Positions 1 to 8,946 of a DNA stretch of 64,000 bases are shown one piece after another. Position 1 is the stretch's first letter. Each line of letters opens with the position of its first letter. The translations under genes and the position numbers were made by a program. The notes beneath the pieces were generated by a model. It ran no database searches, had not been told where the DNA came from, and saw only the letters and a list, made by a program, of their open reading frames with translations. Source of the stretch: Candidatus Latescibacterota bacterium (lineage in GTDB: Bacteria; Latescibacterota; UBA2968; GCA-2709665); NCBI GenBank assembly GCA_965237675.1, contig OZ250150.1, forward strand, positions 4,096,001-4,160,000, written 5' to 3'.

Positions 1-1245
1 AAAGGACTGGCCGGAAAGACCGCACTTTGTCAAGAGCCTGTCCATCAACAGGGCCGCCCGGGCCATATAACCACAATCTTCCAGGATGGCGATAAAGAAA
101 AAGAGGACCGCGATCTGGGGTAGGAAAATAACGACACCGCCCACACCCGCGATCACGCCGTCTTGAACCAGACTTTTCAGCGCCCCGTCTGGAAACCAGG
201 CCCCCACCCATCCGGACAGCGCGGAGAAGCCTCCGTCAACCCAGTCCATAAGCGGGCCGGCCCACGCATAGATGGCCTGAAATACGACGCTCATTATCCC
301 GACGAACAGGAGCGTGCCCCATATCCTGTGGGTCAGCACCCGGTCGATGCGGTCCGAAGGCGTCTTCTGAAGGTGCTCGGGTTTCGATACGTTTTCCGCA
401 AGCACCTGCTTGATCCAATTGTAGCGAACCTCCGATTCCAGAGCGGATAGTCCTGAACCCGCCGAAAACCGGCCACGGGCCTCCGCGAGTTTCTCGCGGA
501 AATTTTCCCCGTGTGTCTCAATCAACCGGCGCTCCGCGTAACCGCCTTCGTCGACAATCGCCCGGAAAGCCTCTGCACGACACGCGGTGGAATTTCTTCC
601 ATTGTGCGACCCCAACACCACGGCAATGGCATCGACGGCCGCGGGAAATCCGACGGGAAATCCAGGCAGAAGCGACGATGCCGTACTCCGCTCGCGACAC
701 AGCATGAGCCCCAATTCACGCCTCAGGTCTGCCAGCCCTCGTTTTCGATTCGCGCAGACCCTGACCACCGGTACGCCAAGGCACCTGGACAGCCCCTCAA
801 CGTCTATGTGTATGCTCCGGGCATCCGCCACATCCGTCATATTCAGCGCGATCACTGCCGGCAGGCCGAGTTCGAGCACCTGTGAGACAAGGTACAGATT
901 CCGGTAGAGATTGGAGGCGTCCACAATTGCCAGAAAAGCGTCTACGTTGCGTTCGTCCGGCAGCCGTCCGAGCAGTACATCGGCAACGATCATCTCGTCC
1001 GGGGAATGAGCGGCGAGGCTGTAAGTCCCCGGCAGATCGATGAGATCTGCCGATCTGCCGTCGGACAACCTCAGCCGCCCCACTTTTCGCTCGACCGTCA
1101 CACCGGGATAATTTCCGACATGTTGAAAAAGACCGGTAAGACCGTTAAAAAGCGTGGTCTTACCGGTATTGGGATTGCCTACAAGAGCGATGGTATTCCG
1201 TTGATCTACTCCGGTGTGCGGATCATGGGACAACTCCGTGGCCAT
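1..1245 (-). CDS. feoB: Ferrous iron transporter FeoB (5' part; runs off the window edge)
   Basis: Manual translation from ATG at 1245 gives MATELSHDPHTGVDQRNTIALVGNPNTGKTTLFNGLTG..VGNYPGVTVE, the G1/G2 motifs of the FeoB GTPase. Lies directly downstream of feoA. Confidence 0.95.
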   Translation of the reverse strand, partial: MATELSHDPHTGVDQRNTIALVGNPNTGKTTLFNGLTGLFQHVGNYPGVTVERKVGRLRLSDGRSADLIDLPGTYSLAAHSPDEMIVADVLLGRLPDERNVDAFLAIVDASNLYRNLYLVSQVLELGLPAVIALNMTDVADARSIHIDVEGLSRCLGVPVVRVCANRKRGLADLRRELGLMLCRERSTASSLLPGFPVGFPAAVDAIAVVLGSHNGRNSTACRAEAFRAIVDEGGYAERRLIETHGENFREKLAEARGRFSAGSGLSALESEVRYNWIKQVLAENVSKPEHLQKTPSDRIDRVLTHRIWGTLLFVGIMSVVFQAIYAWAGPLMDWVDGGFSALSGWVGAWFPDGALKSLVQDGVIAGVGGVVIFLPQIAVLFFFIAILEDCGYMARAALLMDRLLTKCGLSGQSF

Positions 1246-1256
1246 TGCCTCAAACC

Positions 1257-1559
1257 TCAGGATATGGGACTCAGCCTCACGGCAACCGCATCGCGCATAC
1301 GCAAACAGAACCGGGCGTCTTCTATCTGAACGACCAGCCGGCCGCCTCCACGGAGCATTCGAACCCGTACTCCCGGACAAACACCCAGTTCCCGCAACCG
1401 GGAGGCCAGAGGCGAATTCCCCTCAACCGATTCGACCATGCCTTCGTCGCCCTCATTCAGTCCGGCAAGTGAGCCCCGGAACAAGCTCTGTGACGGAATT
1501 CTCCGACCGGGCCAGAGCCAAATCCGGCGAGCGGCCAGTTGCATCAGACGCGCCACCAT
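1257..1559 (-). CDS. feoA: FeoA family protein
   Basis: LAGLNEGDEG..RLRELGVCPGVRVRML..VVQIEDARFCLR matches the FeoA SH3-like pattern; located between the regulator and feoB. Start uncertain. Confidence 0.88.
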   Translation of the reverse strand: MVARLMQLAARRIWLWPGRRIPSQSLFRGSLAGLNEGDEGMVESVEGNSPLASRLRELGVCPGVRVRMLRGGGRLVVQIEDARFCLRMRDAVAVRLSPIS

Positions 1560-1589
1560 TGCATCATTCCTTATTCTTGGTTTGTTAGA

Positions 1590-2120
1590 TCAACTCTCCG
1601 TTCCGACTCTGAGGAGACATTCGTCTTCGCAGATCGGACAATCGGCCAGGTCGTAACAGAAATCGCTGGTCTGCCAGAACGCACTCAGAAACTCGCGTGC
1701 CTCCGGCGTATCCGCGAGCAGAAATCTCACGAAATTCAGCAATTTCTCGCCGGTTTCCTGGCTCAACAGGTGTTCCACCTTGCACGCGTCCACTTCCGCC
1801 TGATGGCCTTCCACGTGCAGCACGTCCTTCAGAAACTTAAGTACAATGGCCCGTTTGGCGAGCACCAGATCGACCAGTCGCTCCCCTCGGTCGGAAAGCC
1901 GCAGGAATTTGTTCCGATCTTCCAGAACGAACTGTTTCTGTCGGAGCGCCTTCAACGTTAGCGACGCGCTGCCTCGCGTAATGTCCAGATATCTTGCAAC
2001 ATCCGACACCCGTGCGTACCCGTGCTGGTCTTTCAGCTCTCTGATTGCGGCAAGGTGATGAGCCACGCTATGCGTGATTTCATTCTCTTCGAATGCTTTC
2101 CAAACGTCGGATGATGCCAC
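1590..2120 (-). CDS. DtxR/MntR family metal-dependent repressor with Cys-rich C-terminal tail
   Basis: ARVSDVARYLDITRGSASLTLKAL HTH, DACKVEH metal-binding motif, tail CYDLADCPICEDEC. Confidence 0.9.
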   Translation of the reverse strand: MASSDVWKAFEENEITHSVAHHLAAIRELKDQHGYARVSDVARYLDITRGSASLTLKALRQKQFVLEDRNKFLRLSDRGERLVDLVLAKRAIVLKFLKDVLHVEGHQAEVDACKVEHLLSQETGEKLLNFVRFLLADTPEAREFLSAFWQTSDFCYDLADCPICEDECLLRVGTES

Positions 2121-2161
2121 GTGGCCCTCCTTTCCGCTGACAAGGCGCCTGACCCCGTCAA

Positions 2162-2181
2162 ATGTTTTACTAATAAAACAT
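2162..2181. promoter_or_regulatory. Candidate DtxR-family operator (ATGTTTTA-ctaa-TAAAACAT)
   Basis: Perfect 8-bp inverted repeat with 4-bp spacer, AT-rich, between the predicted promoter and the dtxR-like start. Confidence 0.7.
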
Positions 2182-2189
2182 ACGTTATG

Positions 2190-2219
2190 AATCTAAACGA
2201 TATATGCCGGCCCTGTCAA
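2190..2219 (-). promoter_or_regulatory. sigma70-type promoter for the dtxR-feoA-feoB operon
   Basis: Minus strand TTGACA-N18-TAGATT. Confidence 0.55.
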
Positions 2220-2258
2220 GGGAAAATTGTCACGTACGCCGGTTTATTGGCGACGGGC

Positions 2259-2287
2259 TTGACTTTTCCTCACTAATTTTGTATACC
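2259..2287 (+). promoter_or_regulatory. sigma70-type promoter for the dehydratase gene
   Basis: TTGACT-N17-TATACC about 60 nt upstream of ATG 2346. Confidence 0.5.
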
Positions 2288-2345
2288 TCACGGACGCGCC
2301 ACCGTACCTCGCGATTCACCGAGGAACTTCCCATGGAGACCGTCA

Positions 2346-5048
2346 ATGTCGGAAATACTTGCATTCAAGGAAGTTGCGAGGCTCCCCCGACCGGGAGACA
2401 ACGTGGCCATCGCTTCCCGTAGACTGGATGCCGGCACCAGTATCCGATGGCGTGGTGCGGTTCTTCGGCTGGATACATCCATTCTGGAAGGCCATCGTTT
2501 TGCCGTGGACCCCATCCCCGCTGGCGAGGCCCTTCTGTCCTGGAATCTTCCCTTCGGCATTGCACTGGAGGACATTTCGGCCGGGAACTATGTCTGTAAC
2601 GCGGGCATGCTCGAAGCCCTGCGCATCCGCTCCCTTGATTTTCAACTTCCCACCGAACCCAATTTCGAAGACCGCATCGAATCCTACCGGCTGGATGAGA
2701 GCACATTCAAACCGGGCGAGCAGGTTCCCGCCGCCGGGGAGATGCGCACCTTTGAAGGATACGTCCGCGGCCCCGGGCGTGGGGTGGGAACGCGCAATTA
2801 CGTCGTTATCCTAGGGACAACCTCCCGGACGGGCAGCTTTGCAAAGCGGTTGGAGAAACGGTTGGGGGGCGTTGCCGATGCCTATCCGAATATCGACGGC
2901 ATTGTGGCCGTTACACACACCGAAGGCGGCGGGCGAACAACACCAAACAACCTGGACCTCCTGCTGAGAACCCTTGCCGGCTTTATGGTACATCCAAATG
3001 TCGGTGCAGCCCTTGCCGTCGACTACGGCACGGAACCGCTCACCAATGCCATGCTCAGCACCTACATGGCAGAGAACAACGCCGCTCTATCGGACCTCCC
3101 CCACCGCTTCTTTACCATGGGGGGCAGTTTTGACGAGAATCTCGATCGAGCCGAGACCATCGTGAAGGGCTGGATGGAGGGGGTGAATCGCCCGCGCCGA
3201 AAAACGACCCCGGCCGCATCCCTGAAAATTGCGCTGCAATGCGGCGGTTCTGACGCTTTCTCGGGCGTATCGGGAAACCCGCTCGCATCCTGGGTCGCCT
3301 GCGAAGTCATCCGGCACGGCGGGGCCGCAAACCTCGCGGAAACGGACGAACTGATCGGCGCGGAATCCTACGTGTTACAGAATGTCAGGGATCTGGACAC
3401 GGCCCGCCGTTTTCTGGAACGCGTGGAAGCCTACAAGAACCTTGCGGCGTGTCACGGTTCGAGCGCCGAAGGAAACCCCTCAGGGGGCAATAAACTCCGT
3501 GGGATCTACAACATCGTACTCAAGTCCATCGGCGCTGCCATGAAACGGCACCCTGAAGTCCGCCTTGACGGGGTTCTGGACTACGGCCAACCGATGCACG
3601 AGCCCGGATATTATTTCATGGACAGTCCTGGTAACGACCTTGAAAGCATTGCGGGACAGGTCGCGTCGGGATGCAATATGATCTTGTTTGTGACTGGCAA
3701 TGGTTCGATCACCAATTTCCCATTTGTACCCACGATCAAAATCATCACCACCACCAGCCGGTACGAACTCCTCTCCAATGAAATGGACGTAAACGCCGGC
3801 GCCTATCTGGACGGGACTCCACTGGACGCGCTGGGGATGCGGATGACGGACCTCACGCTGGGTGTGGCTTCCGGCATACGGAGCAAAGGTGAACGTGCCG
3901 GCCACGCCCAGGTCTCCATCTGGCGCAACTGGCAGCAGACGGATACCGCAAACCTGGCGCATCTGCGGTCGCTGCCCCAACCCGAGGGCAGGCCCATCAC
4001 CATCGAGCTCGAAGAAGCACGTCCCTCGGCCACATTCAGGGCGGTCGTCACGGAGAGAGGTATCGCCACGGATCAGGTGGGCCTGATTCTACCCACCAGC
4101 CTGTGTGCCGGCCAAATCGCAAAGATGGCTGCAAACCGACTGGAGCAAAAGCAGATCGGAAAGACGCAGGGCATCTCCCGCTACGTCGCGCTCGTACATA
4201 CGGAAGGCTGCGGCGTCGCGGGCGACGCGACGGAACGGATGTATTCCAGGACGATGCTGGGCTATCTCACCCATCCCGTGGTGAAATATGCCCTGTTGCT
4301 TGAGCACGGATGCGAGAAAACCCACAACGACTATCTTCGCCACGAACTCGAGAGCGCGGGCATCGACCCCGCACGCTTTGGCTGGTCAAGTATCCAACTC
4401 GACGGCGGACTTGAATGTGCGCTCGGGAACGTGGAAGCGTGGTTCACGGCTCAACTGGAACACGATCGCCGGCCTTCTTACGAGCAATCCGATCTGGCAG
4501 CGCTTTCCGTTGGACTGCTGACGGCCGGCCCGGTGAGCAACAACGCCTCGGAAACGCTGGCAAACCTATTGCGCCGGCTGGTACGTATGGGCGCAACGGT
4601 TGTGACACCGGACAACTCGACGCTACTCTCCTCGGCCCCCTTTGCGAATACCGTTCTGACGAACTCGTCCGCGGATCCGTCGCTGGCCTATGGCCAGGCC
4701 GCCTCGATACCCGGGTTCTACATCATGGAAACGCAGACGGACCACTGGGTTGAAACCCTTACCGGCCTGGGCGGAACGGGCGTTGAGATCCTGATCGCTC
4801 ACGTTGCCGAACACCCCATGCAGGGGCACCCGATGTTGCCTATGCTTCAGACCAGCGTGGATCCATCCATGTGCGCGCTTTACACAAGCGACCTGGACCT
4901 TCCGCTAACCGATGCAGCGGACGCCAATGCCGGGCGGATTATCGGCCTGCTGACGGAAACCGCCTCCCGAAACTATCGTCCGGCGGCGATGCGGCAGGAA
5001 AATACGGATTTTCAGTTTACCCGGGGGCTGCTCGGCGTATCAATGTGA
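2346..5048 (+). CDS. UxaA/GarD family (altronate/galactarate) dehydratase, extended and internally duplicated, 900 aa
   Basis: N-terminal SAF domain (DNVAIA..GHRFA..I.AGE), GTRNY, HPNVG, CGGSD, ETDELIGAE, GNPSGGN. A second HTEGCG..HP..GCE module occurs after about aa 575. Confidence 0.9.
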   Translation: MSEILAFKEVARLPRPGDNVAIASRRLDAGTSIRWRGAVLRLDTSILEGHRFAVDPIPAGEALLSWNLPFGIALEDISAGNYVCNAGMLEALRIRSLDFQLPTEPNFEDRIESYRLDESTFKPGEQVPAAGEMRTFEGYVRGPGRGVGTRNYVVILGTTSRTGSFAKRLEKRLGGVADAYPNIDGIVAVTHTEGGGRTTPNNLDLLLRTLAGFMVHPNVGAALAVDYGTEPLTNAMLSTYMAENNAALSDLPHRFFTMGGSFDENLDRAETIVKGWMEGVNRPRRKTTPAASLKIALQCGGSDAFSGVSGNPLASWVACEVIRHGGAANLAETDELIGAESYVLQNVRDLDTARRFLERVEAYKNLAACHGSSAEGNPSGGNKLRGIYNIVLKSIGAAMKRHPEVRLDGVLDYGQPMHEPGYYFMDSPGNDLESIAGQVASGCNMILFVTGNGSITNFPFVPTIKIITTTSRYELLSNEMDVNAGAYLDGTPLDALGMRMTDLTLGVASGIRSKGERAGHAQVSIWRNWQQTDTANLAHLRSLPQPEGRPITIELEEARPSATFRAVVTERGIATDQVGLILPTSLCAGQIAKMAANRLEQKQIGKTQGISRYVALVHTEGCGVAGDATERMYSRTMLGYLTHPVVKYALLLEHGCEKTHNDYLRHELESAGIDPARFGWSSIQLDGGLECALGNVEAWFTAQLEHDRRPSYEQSDLAALSVGLLTAGPVSNNASETLANLLRRLVRMGATVVTPDNSTLLSSAPFANTVLTNSSADPSLAYGQAASIPGFYIMETQTDHWVETLTGLGGTGVEILIAHVAEHPMQGHPMLPMLQTSVDPSMCALYTSDLDLPLTDAADANAGRIIGLLTETASRNYRPAAMRQENTDFQFTRGLLGVSM

Positions 5049-5052
5049 CACG

Positions 5053-5100
5053 AAAAAAGAAGCGGGTAGCGTGTTCCGCAACATTCGCCCGCTTCTCTTG
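5053..5100. terminator. Bidirectional intrinsic terminator
   Basis: AGAAGCGGG..CCCGCTTCT stem with A-run before and T-rich run after, between convergent genes. Confidence 0.6.
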
Positions 5101-5123
5101 TCTTTATCTTTTTTTGCGCCGGT

Positions 5124-5414
5124 CTATTCTTTTTTGTCAATCCAGGCCTGCAGCGCCAACGCGACTTTTCTTCCCTGATCCAGACTCGAAATATTGAATT
5201 TACTGCGAGGTATATACGTACCGTCTCGTTTCTGATATCGGCGAATCGTCACTTTCGCCGGTCCATATTCCCCGGATTGCCGATTCAGGTCCTGGTACAA
5301 GAACATAACCGTTGCCCACGCGCCTCGCGAAAGCACGTGTTTATCCAGTTCTTTGCAGAACAGAACGCCGTCTTCTTCGTAGTTCACGCTCAATTCGTCC
5401 ACGGATTCCGCCAT
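5124..5414 (-). CDS. Hypothetical protein, 96 aa (possible PC4-like fold)
   Basis: RBS AAGGAGG upstream, protein-like composition, motif KVTIRRYQK..G.Y.P.SKFNIS. Confidence 0.75.
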   Translation of the reverse strand: MAESVDELSVNYEEDGVLFCKELDKHVLSRGAWATVMFLYQDLNRQSGEYGPAKVTIRRYQKRDGTYIPRSKFNISSLDQGRKVALALQAWIDKKE

Positions 5415-5712
5415 CGACTCGCCTCCTTACCGTTCTACTGATCGTGATTTCGCCCACGTCGGCGAAACTGAAACGTTGACCGAAATTCACTGCACCGCAG
5501 CTTTTCTCAAGCCCGGTGAACGGCCTGCCGCAGCCAGCCCCTCCAGATCCGCCACCTGGACCCTGAGACGTGCTCAGACCTGTCGAAGGGTGTCGAAGAG
5601 TTGCGGAAGCACGGCCTGAACCGGATGGCTATTCGGCGCCGGTTTGTCACAGTCCACGCGCCGACATAAACCCTACAGGTGGTTCGCCCATACGAATCAG
5701 AGGGCAAATCTC

Positions 5713-6576
5713 ATGAGACTCGGCATCATCGGTATGTTGCCCGGCGACCTTCGAACTTTCTCGGACAGACACTTCGAGGCCATTCTGGAACAGGGATTTA
5801 CGGGCGTCGGCTTTCACCTGCCCGGCGACATCGTTAACGCCATAACCGCGGAAGACACGGTAACGTGCAAACAGCTGTTTACAAGCCACCAAATCGATCT
5901 CGCACAATTTGCCATCACGTACGGCGACTGCCTCTTCGACCCGGATCCGGACAACCGTTCTGAAGCCGTCTCAAAGGTGGTCGGGGGCGCAAACCTTGCC
6001 GCGCGCCTCGGGGCCCTAACCTACCTGATAAGGCCGGGCAGCCGCAACCCCGCCGGTCCCTGGACACCGCATCGTGACAACCATACGCCGGAAGCGCTTG
6101 CGCTGCTTGTCCGTACCCTGAAGGAAATCGCCTGCCGCACCGCGACGCTGGACGTGGCTACGATCGTGGAAACCCACGTCATTTCAATACTCAACACTCC
6201 GGCAGTCTGTCGCCGGCTCGTGGAATCGGTACGCAGCGCGAACGTGAGGCTGGTGATGGACTATGTCAACCACTTCGAATCCATCGACCAAGTCTACTCG
6301 GACACCGAGCGCCTGAAGCACATCTACGGAACCATCGGCCCGCTTGCACCCGTCTGTCACGTTAAAGACATCGCCGTAGGCAACCGTCTGGTGGTTCATC
6401 TCGACGAAGCCGTTCCCGGCCAGGGCGAACTGAACCTGGCACTCGCCCTGGGGCTATTTCATGCTCATCATCCGGACGGTTATGCGCTTATCGAACACCT
6501 TGGCCCGGATCAGATTCCACTCGCCGCCGCAAACGTCCGGAATATCTCGAAGCGTGCAGGCATTCCCATTTACTGA
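5713..6576 (+). CDS. Sugar phosphate isomerase/epimerase (xylose isomerase-like TIM barrel)
   Basis: VETH, MDYVNH, CHVKD, PGQGEL, LIEH motifs; start taken at MRLGIIG. Confidence 0.85.
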   Translation: MRLGIIGMLPGDLRTFSDRHFEAILEQGFTGVGFHLPGDIVNAITAEDTVTCKQLFTSHQIDLAQFAITYGDCLFDPDPDNRSEAVSKVVGGANLAARLGALTYLIRPGSRNPAGPWTPHRDNHTPEALALLVRTLKEIACRTATLDVATIVETHVISILNTPAVCRRLVESVRSANVRLVMDYVNHFESIDQVYSDTERLKHIYGTIGPLAPVCHVKDIAVGNRLVVHLDEAVPGQGELNLALALGLFHAHHPDGYALIEHLGPDQIPLAAANVRNISKRAGIPIY

Positions 6577-6661
6577 GCCCAGGCGCGATTGGAAGCGGAC
6601 AGCGTTTGCATGGGTGCCACCCATCGGCATCCGGATCACCCGCGCCGGAAAAACGCCGGCT

Positions 6662-6874
6662 TCAACCCTTCTGTCTGGACTTCGCCCTTCGGATGCAGGC
6701 GCCCACGGCAAGCCCGAGACTGGCGCCGATCGATACGCCGGCACTCAACCACAGGCCGAAGTCACCGCTACCTGCGCCCATCGCTGAGCCCACACCGGCG
6801 CCGACGCCCGACCCGATGGCCATCCATTTTCCAACCTGTCGTTGTCCGTTCCCGTCATCCGGTACGTCGGGCAT
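6662..6874 (-). CDS. Small glycine-zipper membrane protein
   Basis: MAIGSGVGAGVGSAMG..LSAGVSIGASLGLAVG, two GxxxG-rich hydrophobic helices and a basic tail; AGG RBS upstream. Confidence 0.6.
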   Translation of the reverse strand: MPDVPDDGNGQRQVGKWMAIGSGVGAGVGSAMGAGSGDFGLWLSAGVSIGASLGLAVGACIRRAKSRQKG

Positions 6875-7008
6875 GGCATACCTTTCGCGAATCAGCACCT
6901 GCTGTTTCCGACGCTCGAAATATACCGGCCCGAGTCGAACCGGACAAGCTTAAAGCACCTCCGAAGCCGAAATTACTGTTCCATCCCGGAAATATGTTAC
7001 CATTCATC

Positions 7009-7340
7009 CCTGTCTGCGTGCGTGAGGCTGCACGCACAGGCAGGCGCCGATTCATCCCGCCTCGCTGCGTTGTTTACACTGAGCCTGTCGAAGTGGCTTG
7101 TTGAATCAACAGCGTCTCGACACCCGTGATTTAGAATCTTCGCCACCCCCAAACGCCCCCTATTCCCTTGCCCTTTTTCTTGCATCGCCCAAGAAAAAGG
7201 GCGAAAAAGAAGGGCGCCGCTCGGCGCGGGGCCGGTTTTTCCGCGAATGACTCCAGTGGCGGTTACGTACACGTCTGCCCTGCGTACGTGAAAGCACGCT
7301 TCTTGCAGCGGCGCTGAACGGAATAGCGCGGAAAAACCCC
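7009..7340. repeat. Cluster of REP-like palindromes
   Basis: CCTGTCTGCGTGCG..CACGCACAGGCAGG (7009-7044); CACTGAGCCTGTCGAAGTG (7077-7095); CCCTTTTTCTTG..CAAGAAAAAGGG (~7171-7201); GGTTTTTCCGCG..CGCGGAAAAACC (~7234-7338). Confidence 0.6.
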
Positions 7341-7914
7341 CCACACCACCGGTCGCAAGATGGGAGAATTGCAATATGATGATGATGTTTGACGTCAATG
7401 CGCCGAGAACCCACCTTCACCAGCGTAGCGGGTGACCTGTTGCGGGGGTTATGCGGAACAACACGGGACGCATGGTTTTGGCATTCGACGTTGATAGTAA
7501 GCGGCACGTCTCACGCTGCGAACAACGCCTCCTCCACCCGGCCCGGACGGGAGTGAGGGCATCTTGCCCTCGCTGCGCCCGTTCTGGTCCCGCCTCTTCA
7601 CGGCGATGACGTCAACTGATTGGGTTTTTGATTCAAGCTGCCGGCTGAGAGCTGATAGCTGTTTTTGCTGCTTCTGGTCGGCCGAATTTTGGCGATCTAT
7701 TTCTGGAACAGAACTCTACAAGTTGCTTGACATCTTCCTTGCGCCGGTTTTAGATATGGTGTGAAGACACCCAGGTTAACAAACGCGCGATGTTGCCACG
7801 CGGGCCCCGCCGCGGCCCTGACACGTCCGTTGTCGATCCGACGCTCTGTCAACACGCGTCAACGGACAGTAGCGGATTGAATTGCATCCTGCTTTTCGCG
7901 GAAGGGAGTATCCA

Positions 7915-8772
7915 ATGCAGCCTGAGATGATTGCGGACTACCACTGTGAGACCGGCGAAGGACCACTCTGGCATCCCACGGAAAAAAGGGTCTACTGGAC
8001 CGATATTCCCGCGGGTCGCGTGTTTCGCTATGACCCGGCCACGGGAATGCACGAAATCTGTTACACCGGGGATGTCGTGGGGGGCTTTACGGTCCAGGAG
8101 GATGGGTCCTTGCTTCTCTTCATGGAGAAGGGCGCGGTCAAAACCTGGCGCGACGGCGAACTCGCCACGGTGATCGACGAAATCCCCGATGAGCGTGAGA
8201 CCCGATTCAACGACGTGATTGCGGATCCCGATGGCAGGGTTTTTTGCGGAACCATGCCCACACCGGAGCGGCCGGGCAGGCTTTACCGGCTGGACACGGA
8301 CGGGAGCCTCCACCTTGTCCTCGATGAGGTCGGGATTTCCAACGGTATGGGTTTCACGGCGGACCAGAGGACCATGTATTTCACGGACACCCCCACGCTG
8401 AATATCTACCGGTTCGACTACGATCGACTAACCGGGGATATCACGAATAGGAAGGTTTTCGCACAGGCGGCGGAAGGCCAAGGCATGCCCGACGGCATGA
8501 CCGTTGACGCCGTCGGTTACGTCTGGTCCGCCAGATGGGACGGCAACTGCCTTGTACGATACAGGCCGGACGGCGTGGAGGACCTGCGCATCGCGTTCCC
8601 GGTAAGAAAGGTGTCCAGTCTCACATTCGGAGGCGGTGATTACACCGATATCTACGTCACCACCGCGGGCGGTCATATCAAACACGAAGACGGCGAACAC
8701 GCCGGCGCCCTCTTCCGGCTGAACCTGGGCATCCGGGGCGTTGAAGAGTTCTATTCGCGTATCGGACTTTAA
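7915..8772 (+). CDS. SMP-30/gluconolactonase family protein
   Basis: GEGPLW, WTDI, RFND..DPDGR, ISNGMGF, PDGMTVD motifs; GGGAG RBS. Confidence 0.93.
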   Translation: MQPEMIADYHCETGEGPLWHPTEKRVYWTDIPAGRVFRYDPATGMHEICYTGDVVGGFTVQEDGSLLLFMEKGAVKTWRDGELATVIDEIPDERETRFNDVIADPDGRVFCGTMPTPERPGRLYRLDTDGSLHLVLDEVGISNGMGFTADQRTMYFTDTPTLNIYRFDYDRLTGDITNRKVFAQAAEGQGMPDGMTVDAVGYVWSARWDGNCLVRYRPDGVEDLRIAFPVRKVSSLTFGGGDYTDIYVTTAGGHIKHEDGEHAGALFRLNLGIRGVEEFYSRIGL

Positions 8773-8796
8773 GGGTCGTCAGATCCGCAACCAAAG

Positions 8797-8824
8797 GTAG
8801 AGGCGACGCATGCGTCGCCCCTAC
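8797..8824. repeat. GTAG-family REP palindrome
   Basis: GTAGAGGCGACGCATGCGTCGCCCCTAC between convergent genes. Confidence 0.7.
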
Positions 8825-8946
8825 ACATTTGAGAGCCGGTTATATCATCTTTCGGTGAGGACAGATATTCCGATGGCGGTGGATCCGCGCGCCGAGGCCA
8901 TCTCACCGACCTGCGGGGCGCAATTCGAGGCGTCCGGCTGCCTGCC

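Noticed and set aside
5507-5707. 66-aa minus-strand ORF
   Set aside because: It spans a REP-like motif and has no coding features.
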